From positions 186,001-250,000 of the forward strand of contig JALMLS010000179.1 of the NCBI GenBank assembly GCA_038496445.1: a stretch of DNA of 64,000 bases, in the 5' to 3' direction. The position numbers and the translations under genes were made by a program. The notes beneath the pieces are model-generated. The model was not told where the DNA came from, did not search any database, and saw only the letters and a list, made by a program, of their open reading frames with translations. Positions 38,271-49,931 of this stretch are shown here, in pieces. How positions within the stretch are numbered: the stretch's first letter is position 1; the number at the start of each line of letters is the position of its first letter. This DNA is from Trichosphaerium sp. ATCC 40318. Taxonomy: Eukaryota; Protista; Tubulinea.

Positions 38271-40747
38271 ATGGCAGAGCATAAACCGCTACCTTACGTT
38301 GATAAAAGCATACGCCAGTCTAACGTTAAACAACCTGCTGGCGCGCTGGTACCTGGATGGCAGGCGGGACCTCCATTTATTGCAAGCGAAGAGATCTCCT
38401 ATGATCAAGTGGAAGACTACCTAGGCGAAGGAACGTTCGGTAAAGTATACAAAGGTAAGTATATTAGCGTGCATAGTATTGTTTTAGCATTTATGCCTTT
38501 CCAGGACGCTGTAGGGGTGGTGTTGTAGCAGTGAAAGTGCCAATAAAGCAAAAACTCTCAAAGCATGAGCTTGAAGAGTTCAAAAAAGAAGTGGCTATCA
38601 TGAGGTACGAAAAACAAGCCCAAACTTCAACTTGTGCGCAGTATATTATTCAGTTGTACCAACCACACGTTTATTAGTCAAATATTCCACCCAAATGTCG
38701 TACTATTCATGGGAGCTTGTACAGTAGCCGACGATATTAAAATAGTCACGGAAATGATGGATACTGATCTTGAGAAACTCCTACACAGTGACGAAGGAAG
38801 AGATCTACCTCTCCTTGAACGTATGAAAATGGCCAAAGGTAAATAGACGCAGTTTTAAACACAAAAGAAACTAATTCAGCAAAAAAACAGAGTTATTGGG
38901 TTTATTCCCATTTTTCTTTTTTTAACCGCTTTCGCGTTGTTGATAATCTACGCGCATATCAGATAAGGTTGTAGCTTCATTTCTTTTTTAAAGCTAAACG
39001 TTTCTTGTTTTTTTGAAAATAATTTCTTATGGTATTACCTAGGTGCTGCTCTTGGTATGAGTTGGTTGCATGGCATTAATAAAATAATTCACAGAGGTAC
39101 AGTAAAGATCTTTCTGTTTTATCGCTCTACAGAAACGTAAACTGATGTTTTGTAAAAAGATTTGAAACCAGCAAATTTGCTCGTGGACAGAATGCATCGA
39201 GTTAAAGTCACAGACTTTGGTTTCAGTCAGTCCCTTCGCGAGGATATGACTTGTAAGGATAAATTTGGTCCTCGTGGTACTGCATTATGGATGGCACCTG
39301 AAGGTATGCGAAGCGCATTTGTTTTAATTTGAAATATACATTTTTTTGAGGCTTATTTTTATGTTAGTTATGAACTCTGAGGAGTTTGATCAGTCAATTG
39401 ATGTATACTCATTTGGTATTGTATTGTGGGAGATATATACGCTTCGCGAACCATTTAATAATTACAAACAATGGGCCAAGTTTTTTGAAGCAGTATGCGT
39501 TGATGGAGAACGACCTCCTATTGATAACAAGTGCAAACCAAGTCTACGGTACGTTTTAATATTTGTTTGATCCGTTTATGATCTCTTTAAAGCGAACAGT
39601 ACCCGCTTTTTACAGAATTTCAAAACGATTTGTCAAAAACTTACTTTGTTTTTTTTTAGCTATTTGTTGGAAGCTTGTTGGAATGCGGATAGAAAAAAGA
39701 GACCTACGTTCCAAGAGGTAGTTTTTAGACTCGATGAAGTAATGGTGGACCTTGCTATCAATGACAGGCCAAGTAGAAAGTTTTGGAAAAAACATTTTCT
39801 TCTACCAAAACAGGTATGTCGTGTTTTAGTGTTTTATTGGTTTCTAAGCATTTTTAAGGAACTCCAAGATACCTTATCATGGAAAGACTTTACTAAGGCT
39901 CTAATTAAATCGACTAAACTTGATAATAAAAGTCGTTTCGACGTGCTCAAGGTAACACAAACTTTTTTTTTTCAGGATTTTTTTAAGCTTATGTGTCTTT
40001 TTTTAGGATTTGTTGTGTGACGATTCTAACAAAGTGTCGATGACTAGGTTCAATAGAGCTGTTAATTGGTTTGGACGATTTTACAAGGCAGATACTGCAA
40101 AGGATATGTTCGCTGAGATTAAAGAAATTACCTGTCAAGAGTACGTTATTTTTTTTGTTCTTGTGAAACTATTGTTTTCATCTTTTGTGGCAATCCCAAG
40201 TTTATACGCTTGTTTATTTTGGTTATTTTAAAAATTTTTTTTAACATTTGGACATTGTCCTTTAATGTCTCTTTTTTGGTTAATAAATGAGTTTTAGTTG
40301 GTTCCACGGTGATATTGATAAAGCTACTGCAGAACTAAGACTAAATTTCAGAAAGAGTGGTAGTTTCTTAGTGAGGTAATGAAAGGAAAACACCAAAAGA
40401 AGCACTTTTTTTTTGTGCTCTATTTTTTTTTAATCGAGGCCTGCTTTATATTAAGTTCCTTTTAGATTGTCCAGTACCCTCCCACAGTACCCTTTTACAA
40501 TCTCTATTGCTGGAAGTCATGCTAAAAGTCACAAACGTGTCAAAAAGACCGTCAAATCTGATGGTACGATGATTTGTTTTGATAGCATTCGAATAATTTT
40601 TGTTTAGGATCTTTCCAATTTACAGTTGGTGTTAAAAAGGGAGTTAAGACATTTCCTTCTATCGTTACATTAGTTAAACAATGTGAAAAAGACCTTAAAC
40701 TTAAGCATTGCTGCCCAAAGGATATTGTAGAGAATCCATACACTTAA
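38271..40747 (+). CDS. SH2-domain-containing TKL kinase (Dictyostelium Shk-like)
   Basis: GEGTFGKVYKG, VAVK, HPNVVLFMGAC, IHRDLKPAN, VTDFG, GTALWMAPE, DVYSFGIVLWE. C-terminal SH2: WFHGDI..AE..L..SGSFLVRLS. Confidence 0.93.
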
Positions 40748-41360
40748 GCTTTGTAGAGCGACTTTTAAACAAAAAGAAAAAAAAAAAAGAAGGAAAAAAA
40801 AATTAGAAAAGCTCAACGATTGCGTATAACTCTCTACCTGAAGACTTTTTTGAAACATTGATTGTACATAACCTTATAATAAACAAAGTTCGTTGCCTCT
40901 ATATAAAATAATAGACAGTCGTATTGCTTTTGACCTGGCAAAGATGCTCTCTTGTTTGTTCAATAATGATAAAAAAAAGTTACGTGGCTACTTCACTGAA
41001 ATATCGAATTTGTGTTTCTCCGTTGCTTAAACTTTTATTTTGTTTGTTAATTACATAATAGATAGCTATATTAGCACTGTAGGAAGCTAAGGTTAAAAAA
41101 ACCAATCCCACAATAAATATTGTGCGGAAAATATCCACTTTATATTTGGTACGGCGAGATAAATAACCAAGAAACAAACAGCCTTTGTAGTATAGTAGTA
41201 TTACGTGCTGCATATTTGAGCAAACCCCAAGCTTAGTACGATACTCATGACATTGTCATGAGCCACTAGGGGGCTCGCTCTGCCTAAAGCCATAAGTTGG
41301 GTACGCAGTAAGACCGTGGTGCAATTCCACGCAAAGGCCTTTTTTTTTTTTTCTTTTCAG

Positions 41361-42110
41361 CTTAATTCCGTTTATTTGGCAGGTGTGCATACTATTGACC
41401 TTTCATACACATCAGTGACAGATGAAGGAATTAAAGCACTATCAGGTGTCAGAAAGATTAGCCTTTGTGGTTGTTTACAGGTGACAGACGCAGGCATCAA
41501 GTCATTGAAAGGCGTCCATGCTATTGACCTTATTTGGACTCATGTAACGGATGATAGTATCAAAGAACTTGCTGGAGTTCATACTATTTTCCTTGATGAA
41601 ACTGGAGTAACAGATGAAGGGATTAAAGCACTAAAAGGTGTTCACACTATTTACTTAGGAGATACTGCAGTGACAGATGAAGGTATTAAAGCACTTGCAG
41701 GTGTACATACCATTCACCTTGGAGGTACCGCAGTAACAGATGAAGGTATTAAAGCACTTGCAGGTGTTCATGCAATTGACCTGTCGCGCACCTCAGTGAC
41801 AGATAAAGGTATCAAAGTATTGCAAGGTGTTTATGCCATTAACCTTGCTGGTATTCCAGTGACAGATGAAGGTATAAAGGCGTTGACAGGTGTACATACT
41901 ATTGGTGTGCGAGATTGTGACAATCTGACAGATGAAGGAATCAATTCTATGGAAGGTTTATATGCCATTGAAGTATCTGATGATAGTCCTAGATATCGTA
42001 TGCCTACTTCTGATAGCGGGTTATGTGTTGAAGTAGTTCATTACCAAGATTTCTTCTTAGCATATTCTGTGAAAAAGACGTTTAAGGGTGTACACCTTCA
42101 CTTTGATTGA
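41361..42110 (+). pseudogene. LRR array (~10 repeats) lacking F-box and an in-frame start; possibly 5'-truncated
   Basis: An open LRR frame begins after a strong polyT-CAG acceptor (41360). The candidate upstream exon (donor 41301) has a stop in frame and no ATG. Confidence 0.6.
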
Positions 42111-42266
42111 AGAAAAAACTACTCCACAAATAAAACTGTTTATTACTAGTCTTCGTCTTACAGGATAAGTTGTATAGTCTAGTTGTTATTAACTAATCGT
42201 AGCCAGCTACGATCTCTCACATTATGGAGGACGGCAGCACCATTTTCAGAAATACACTTACCGTTT

Positions 42267-42941
42267 TTATATTCGGAGTACAGTGCTACGATAAAATATC
42301 GACCATTCTGAGTACAATCCATGAAGCTTACCGTTAAGGTAACAACACTGTACTTTCTTTTCACCGGTGGGATAGTACGTTGTGTAATTTCCGTGAAGTA
42401 TCCCATTTACATAATTACTGATCTTTGAGAGCTTTCCCTTTTCCGTCCATTGAGTGCACTCTCCACTCAGTTTACCGTCAACGTAGTTGCAGCAGTCAGC
42501 CCTAACACCAGTTTCTGACCAAGTTTTATACTCGCCAGTCATTTTATCATTAAAATAGTGGCTCTTCTTCTTGAGTTGACCGTTGTCATACCACTCTTCA
42601 TTCAACCCATGGCGTAGACCATGCTTCCAAACCATCTTTTGGATAATTGGTTTCTCATCGAATATGCTCTTATCACTCTTAGCCAAGATTCTACGTTTCA
42701 TCCACTTGCCATGTTTGTTCAGCTCTGCATCAAACCTTGTAGTGGAAGCGGTGTGTTTCGACAACAATGGCCACTTTTTATAGACGTCAGAGTCTAGATC
42801 TTTTATATCAAGCTGTAATTCGAGTGGAAGATCACATATGTTACAGCATTGTGCTTGTACGGCAGTTTTTAGCTAGCTTAGATTAGATCAACGCAATTTT
42901 ATAGAGGAGGGGAGTACCTTTTTAGAAGCTTGAGGCATCAT
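42267..42941 (-). CDS. F-box-like + MORN-variant (YwqK-type) repeat protein
   Basis: Exon 1 MMPQASKK, intron, ICDLPLELQLDI, then GLRHGLNEEWYDNGQLK / GKLSGECTQWTEKGKL / GILHGNYTTYYPTGEKK repeats. A frameshift near 42270 is possible because YKNGKCISE continues in another frame to 42179. Confidence 0.8.
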
Positions 42942-43146
42942 GTGTACTTTGGGGAGGTAGCTTTAGGAGGAGTTGCAATAGTGAACTTAGTACGACACTT
43001 TAATTTATCGCTCTTTTCAATCAGTTTTTATGAAGCACTCATTCTGGTATATGTCGATACGTTGTGCCTGAGTGTACCACATTATTTGAGAGCAGGTATT
43101 GGGAATAACAATAAAATGTATAACGAAATAAATTTCACGGTTGGCA

Positions 43147-43255
43147 GTTCCTCATATTTCTTCAGTTTCTCTCGTAGTGTATCATTGGTCGCTTGCAACT
43201 CTTGCATTGTTGTCACGGTTGTCGATATATTAGATAATGTTATTCTTTTATCACT
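43147..43255 (-). repeat. Inverted 109-bp copy of GPCR tail sequence 32207-32315
   Basis: The reverse complement matches 32207-32315 with 3 mismatches by manual alignment. Confidence 0.92.
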
Positions 43256-43345
43256 TTCACCTTTCTATAGTTAGTCTTTAGATGACATGCAGAATTGCCT
43301 CTTAGTCAATAAAAGTCACTCACATGCCTACTAGCAGGTATCCTA

Positions 43346-44742
43346 ATGTCAGGGCTCGTTGATGCTGTTTTTTGTTCAATTGATACACTATACATCATTT
43401 GTGGTTCACTTGAGAGGTTTAAATCGATATTGAGTTTATCAAGTACAAATACAGCAATTTCAGTTACAATACGAAACTATGACACAGTTTTATTTCTTTT
43501 AAAACAAAGATGGCCAATTCTTCATTGGGGTCCTAAATCGAGATGGCCAGTTGATATGTTGATGAGTACTTCATGGCAGGATGTTTTTTATTTTGCTTCA
43601 TACATTGAGTACAAACAACACGTGCGTAGAAACGACGTTTCGAAAAAACAGACTGTATTTTTTTAACAACAAGTTGGTTTGTTGACTATTGCTCGCAGGC
43701 GCCTTTCAATTGTATGGGGAATAAATTAGACGTTGCTACAGGCGAACAATGCGCTAGTACTTCAGAGAAAGAACCTTCATATTGGTCAAGACTTCTTTAT
43801 CGGGCTTACACTAAAGAGTTTCAGTCAAAAGATAATTGTTTAATGCTCCAAACAGATGAAGGTAAGCACTTGTGGTCTTTTGATATCCCAGAGTATGAAA
43901 TCCACTGTATTGCCCACAATGTTGTAATAGTGGTAACTGGCAATATGATAATAGGACTAGACATCAAAACTGGAAATACCATGTGGGAAACCAACATTCA
44001 ATTGAAGAAACCTATTGTTTATACCACGACAGAGCATCTATTTTGCCTTGATTGTGGCCAATTATACAAGTTAACAAAAAGGATATTGCACTGTATAAGT
44101 TTGTCTACAGGTACTACTTAACATACATAAATCTAAGACAGACTAACTCAACAAAAAGGAACGATTTTATGGGAGAAAACAATCATTTCAAGTACAAATG
44201 AGGTAGTGTCTTCTTTATTTGCAAGTGATGATCTTATATCCATTACAACGTTTGCACACCATAAACTTAGAAGTTTTGGGTCATTTAGAGTTGATACTAG
44301 TGCCATTTACAGTAACAAATCCGCTGAATACATAGGAGTACTATCTCACTATTGCAACAGTTTCACATGTTTGAATGATAGAGTGTTTCTAACTGAGGGT
44401 TGCTATCTTTATTGTTACACACTTAAAACCAACACATTAAGTCTTGAATGGAAACTGCAAGTTTCAATGCAACATGAAGCCAAACTTCTACTATTTGGAG
44501 ATGGAACAATACTCACATATGCTAATAGTAATTACGATAATAGAACAGAGTTATGTTGGGTTAATAGCAATGGAAAAAAGAAATGGTCATACCTGGTTTT
44601 AGGGCACAGTGGTTGTGCTGTTGCTATAGAGGTTCACTCATCTTATGGTTTTTCTGTGATTTATAAGAATAAGGACGATATAAAATATATAGAGATGGTA
44701 AGTTGGGAAGGTAAACAACTTTGGCGAGCTGTAGCCGGATAA
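43346..44742 (+). CDS. F-box-like N-terminus + PQQ/BamB-like beta-propeller, paralog A (2 introns)
   Basis: G..LW/W-x-x propeller motifs (GLDIKTGNTMWET, LSTGTILWEK, NGKKKWSY, EGKQLWR). Introns at ~43622 and ~44112. Confidence 0.7.
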
Positions 44743-45044
44743 TCTTACAAAATATCTGATAGTTGAAGCATAGCCAGTGGCTGCAGCATTTGAAACATAA
44801 GAATATGAAAGCTTAGAATATGTTGCAAGGGAGACATGCCCTTAGTTGTAGGACAATAGCATTGTTTATTAAACGTGTGTACGTACATTGTAATGTTCAT
44901 TATCGATAGTCTCTATTCTTCATGGTCAATATTGAATCACATACTGTTTGTGTGCTTGTATTTTATAGCGTTCAGTGACTAGTAATGTTCCATACACTTA
45001 TGCAAAGCAATTTGTATCAGGCAAAGGCAGTCTTAGCATTCGAT

Positions 45045-46429
45045 TTAATATTGACTAGAAACTAAATTAGCATACAAATTAGTAAGAGTAGGTATTACGG
45101 TAAAGATGATGTTTGTAGTTTCAGGGATTTCAATAAAGTGGAGGTGAACTTCTACACCCGCACTATTGTCACAGGCAAATTTATTCTTAATAAACTCATA
45201 AAATTCATCCCAATTTTCGGCTATTGCAAGAAAGTTAGAAAAAAAATGAAACATCCAAACTCTACTCTTCAATTGAATATGTCGTACAGTCTTTAAAATC
45301 AAGGAAACATGTTGTAATCGGTGTTATCTTACTATGTAGTTGCACATGACACATTTTGCTCAAAAGCAATACAATGCTTGTTTGTGGTCTAGATAGTATA
45401 AATTATGCTGGTAGTACGAAGGATGTATGCACTTCATTTGACTTTTTAGCTGTGAAAAAACTTCTATTGACTTTAGTAGTTTGTTTTGCTTTCCATCCAT
45501 TTGACAATATCCCATTAATGACACGCAGAATACTGGTAATTGGTTGGGAGAAATCTATAGATTATTAACATAAGTTGCATTATGTAATACAGTGCTACTT
45601 ACATTTGAGAAATTAGAACCAAGGTTTGTAACTTTACAAGTGTATTTCTGTTCTTTAACATGTATAACTGTTTTTGATGGACAAGGTACATTAACGTATA
45701 TCTTATCTGTGGATGTGGGCACGTAATTCTTCGCAAAAATACTTTCAATTTTTTCAAAGAAACTAGATTCAAGGTCAGCAGAAGAACACCAAGTTAATAG
45801 TAGTTACCTTACTGAGCAATAAAAATACAGAGGAAGGTACATAAGTAAAATTGGGGAAATTGTTTTGAAAAACGTGATATCAATGCCATTTCTGATAAAA
45901 AAAGAAGCGTACTATCCCATTGAAGAAGATTCAGAATAACTATATCGTAAAGCGTACGCTTGCTGGATACCAGTATCATCCCATAAGTTACACATATTTT
46001 TACTTGTTTCATCAGTGCACGTGTAGTCATTATGACTTAGACTCTTTACAAAATCCTAAAAATAGTGTCACGTTTTTGTCAAGAAACAGATTTTGTGTAC
46101 GTACAATATTAGGTTCGTCAAATGCAAATCCTTCTTCATTGCATATTATAATAAGTGTCTTCATACATCTTATTGTGTGATCGCGAATGTCTTGTGCAGT
46201 GATTGAAATCACCTCTCCGAAATGAAGCTGTAATGCCTTCATCAGCGTTTCTAGTACGTCTCATTAGTTTTGGCGTATAGTAGAATTAATTGTTTTGAAT
46301 TTGGTTATTTACGCTTGTAATAGCGCTTACTGGCGTAGACTTACTCTTTCCACTCCCTTCTAGACCAACTAACGCCATTTCTAAAGGAGGATATTCCTTC
46401 TTTGCCTTCTTACCGGATTTGTTTCCCAT
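45045..46429 (-). CDS. Highly divergent heterotrimeric G-protein alpha subunit (predicted pseudo-GTPase)
   Basis: Myristoylatable MGNKSG; GLEGSGK; NLWDDTGIQQAY; YFFEKIESIFAKNYVPTSTD; PVFCVSLMGY; TSIVLLLSK; FIKNKF. The reading frame stays open across the spliced exons. Confidence 0.85.
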
Positions 46430-46543
46430 TGCACACAATTGATTGTTTTGTGGTAATATGAGGCTTTATTAGGCAACGATGTTAAGCTTGAACAGCTAAT
46501 TAAGTGTTTAAACCCGAAAGTACAACAATACCCAAGCAACGGC

Positions 46544-47955
46544 ATGTCAACGCTACTGTATCTTCAAGAATCTGTTTTTTGTTCAATTGATACACTATAC
46601 ATCATTTGTGGCGTTTGTGATAGTTTTAAATCGATATTGAGTTTATCAAGTACAAATACAGCAATTTCAGTTACAATACGAAACTATGACACAGTTTTAT
46701 TTCTTTTAAAACAAAGATGGCCAATTCTTCATTGGGGTCCTAAATCGAGATGGCCAGTTGATATGTTAACATGCAATTCATGGCAGGATGTTTTTTATTT
46801 TGCTTCACACATCGAGTACCAACAAAACGTGCGTAGAAACAGCTTTAACTTTTTTACTTAATGTAACTGTTTTAATGTTTGTTGCTTCACAGGGCCCTCT
46901 TACATTAAAGGGAACCAAATCCATTTTAGATATTACGACTTGGCTCCCATACACTGGCAAAGTAAAAATTAAACCTTTGTATTGGCGGCTTGAGACTCAG
47001 GTTTTCACCGCTGGTGCCAAAGGTAAAAGTGACTTAAGACTATTTTCAGAGGATGGTAGAGATTTGTGGCTCGGCTACGTTAGCTTCCCCAACTACTACA
47101 ATCACTTAATTACTAAGGAAGTCATTGTAGTAGCCACTACAAATTTAATGATAGGCGTTGACATTAAAACTGGAGAGAATATTTGGAAAACAAACATTGG
47201 CATTGAAAAGCCTTGTATGGCTTGCACAAAGGACCTTTTGTTTTGCCTTGATACTGAAGCTTCAGGTTGGTTATTACCCAAGAGGATGTTATTTTGTTTG
47301 AGTGTATCTGAGGGTACGACAAACAACAAGGAATAAGGTGACTAACAGTTTTAAATAAGGAAAGATTTTATGGAAGAAAAATATCATATCACGTGTTCCA
47401 AAGAAAGCAAAAATAGCAATTTGTTCTAGTGAAAATCTTGTAGCTATTGAAAGATTATTACCCTTTGGATGGCATAATGATGTTCTAAGTGAGCCCGAAG
47501 ACACTGCAATCTACGACAATTCATTTGAGTTCAAAGGAGTGGTGTCTCACAGTTGCTACAGTTTCGAGTGTTTGAATGATAAAGTGTTTATCACTTCAGA
47601 TAGACATCTTTATTGTTACACACTTAAAACATCGCTGAATCTGGAATGGAGAGTGGAACTTTCTAAAGAATACCCTTCTAAATTTCTATTATTTGGAGAT
47701 GGAACGATACTCACCTACCCATGCTATAACAGATGGGCTAAAAATTTCGAGTTGTGTTTGGTTGATTGCTATGGAAATAAGAAATGGTCACACAATGTTT
47801 TAACCTGTCGTTGTGGTTATAAGGTTGATGTTGATATTCGTTCAAGCCATGGCATAATCGTAGCTGGTAACAATAGTGACTCGCAGTTTTTAGAACTGGT
47901 GAGTTGGGAAGGCAGAAGACTTTTCCGCTATAACAATGACCTCTCAAGGCGCTAG
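46544..47955 (+). CDS. F-box-like N-terminus + PQQ-like beta-propeller, paralog B
   Basis: Same exon structure as 43346-44742, with a near-identical exon 1 and a diverged propeller. Confidence 0.7.
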
Positions 47956-49931
47956 AATAAATACCACTATGGTATAGAGCAAGTTATTTGTTTGAGGTAA
48001 AGCTAAAGGGCTTAAAGCGACCTAAAGCTTGCTACAACAGCGAATCCTTTTGTGTTAAACATGAAATTGCTTGAAATAATGTACCAGCTGACACGTCTAA
48101 TACAAGTACTATAGTTTGTGTATTCACACTTAGCGCAAAAACAGGTGGTGCCTACTAGCAGTGACGGCTATTGTCATTAATGAGAATGTGGCTTTACCAC
48201 TACAGAATAATACATTGTCTGTTTTCTAAATGGTAGCAAGATTTTTAGCATTAGGGACGATTTTTGTAAGCAGTTCACACCTCTCATATCAATGCTTTAT
48301 CCTGTGTGAATGTACATTTGGAATGAATGGCTCTATTGTTAAGTTCTAAATGTGGAATAAAGTATTTACTTTTTTACTTGTTTTTGGCATTTTTTTTTAC
48401 GACTTAACTAAAAAAGCGTCAACTGAGCTTCATTGCTCACAAACAAATTAATTAAGCCAGTATCAGTTATAAACGGTGCTTGAAAAGCAATACACGGGTT
48501 GTAGTCTAAAACAAGGATTATGGTACCGAAATATCAACAAGTGTATACAACGTACCTTTAAACGACATTAATTGTGTTTAAAACGCTAAAAACGTTAGTT
48601 TGTGGTGTAAAGAATGAAGAAAAAGCGAGTTCCCAAAATTAACAATTACACAAGCTTTGACAAGCGTTTAAATTAGTGAAGTGTCTCCTAACGCTATTTT
48701 CCATGTATTGAGATTAGTTTTACGCTTGTCGAGCATTGTGTAATTGATAAATTCCAATATTCTGTACTAATGGACCATTAAGCGATTTTTGGATTTAAAT
48801 ACCTCAAGAGCTAATTGACCATCCCACACTTTTCATAGTGATAGTCAATATGTGTTGTATTACACAGTGTAATTTATAGCAATAGTTGAAGGAGTGTAGT
48901 GACACAGTTTCTTTAAACCTGTTTTTGGTAAGTATTGAAGTATCTCCATGTAAAAACTAAGTTTTCTCTAAAACTCGTATAGTGGTAAAACATAACTATA
49001 GAAAGCTTTGTGGCTATCTGACGAAATCAAGTACCCAAGCAAGAGTGCGTTTTTTTACATTTTCATATAGGTATTGTGTTCATCAACTTCTATGAAAAAG
49101 AAACCTCTGTATTTTGATACCTAAATGATCAAATATGCTATAACCGTGTATAGGTAAACAATGATTTATTAAGCACCTGCTGCCAAAAGGAAAGATTTGC
49201 AAAAGGTATCTGTGGGTTAGAATGATTGTTCAAAACAATGTCCAATTTACAACAATTAGGTCTAGAGACAGATGATGATAGCTTTATGTGGGACACTGAA
49301 AGTGATAAAAAATGCCTTAAACGAAAGAATGTAATCCTTACTCAGTATGATGGAAAAGAATTACCTGCATAACATGGTGGTGATAGAGGAGAAGAATATG
49401 CCCAGGCAGAAAAAACTCAGTTTTAGTTTCAATGAAATAGTTGATTGAAGCACACTATTAATTACCAGCAAGTTCTGGTTAATATCAATTATAGACACAT
49501 ATGCGCTCTGAAGTATACCGAAAAATTGGGCATAAATAACATTTTTGAGGTGAGCTAAAATTTTTTTGAAAGTGTGAACAGCTTACAAAAATCGTCCCTA
49601 TACGTGTGTACTATGGGCCACCCAAAAGTGCCGAGAGCGCGGAGGAAAAAACTGAGATTATTGCATCGGTTTCAAGTGCTACCTAATACGAATAGGCTTT
49701 CAAAAACTGCTTGAAACTGCAACACTTCTTTTGTGGTCTATTGAAGTGTGATACGTGCCACGCGCCTATACACGCGCATTTCGGCGATATATTATAGCCG
49801 AAGATCACATTAACGTCCGAGAAAACACAGTTTAAAGCAAAACTAGCAGAATAACGCTGACTTTGAGCTCAGCTAAAACTCGTTCATTGAATTATTGTAC
49901 AGCCAACAGTGTGGCACTGTTGTTATTCCTC

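Noticed and set aside
40980-41213. 77-aa ORF with a hydrophobic segment
   Set aside because: Short, AT-rich and without a motif, so plausible by chance.
42930-43274. 114-aa plus-strand ORF
   Set aside because: It has a non-ATG start and consists partly of the inverted GPCR-tail copy read antisense.
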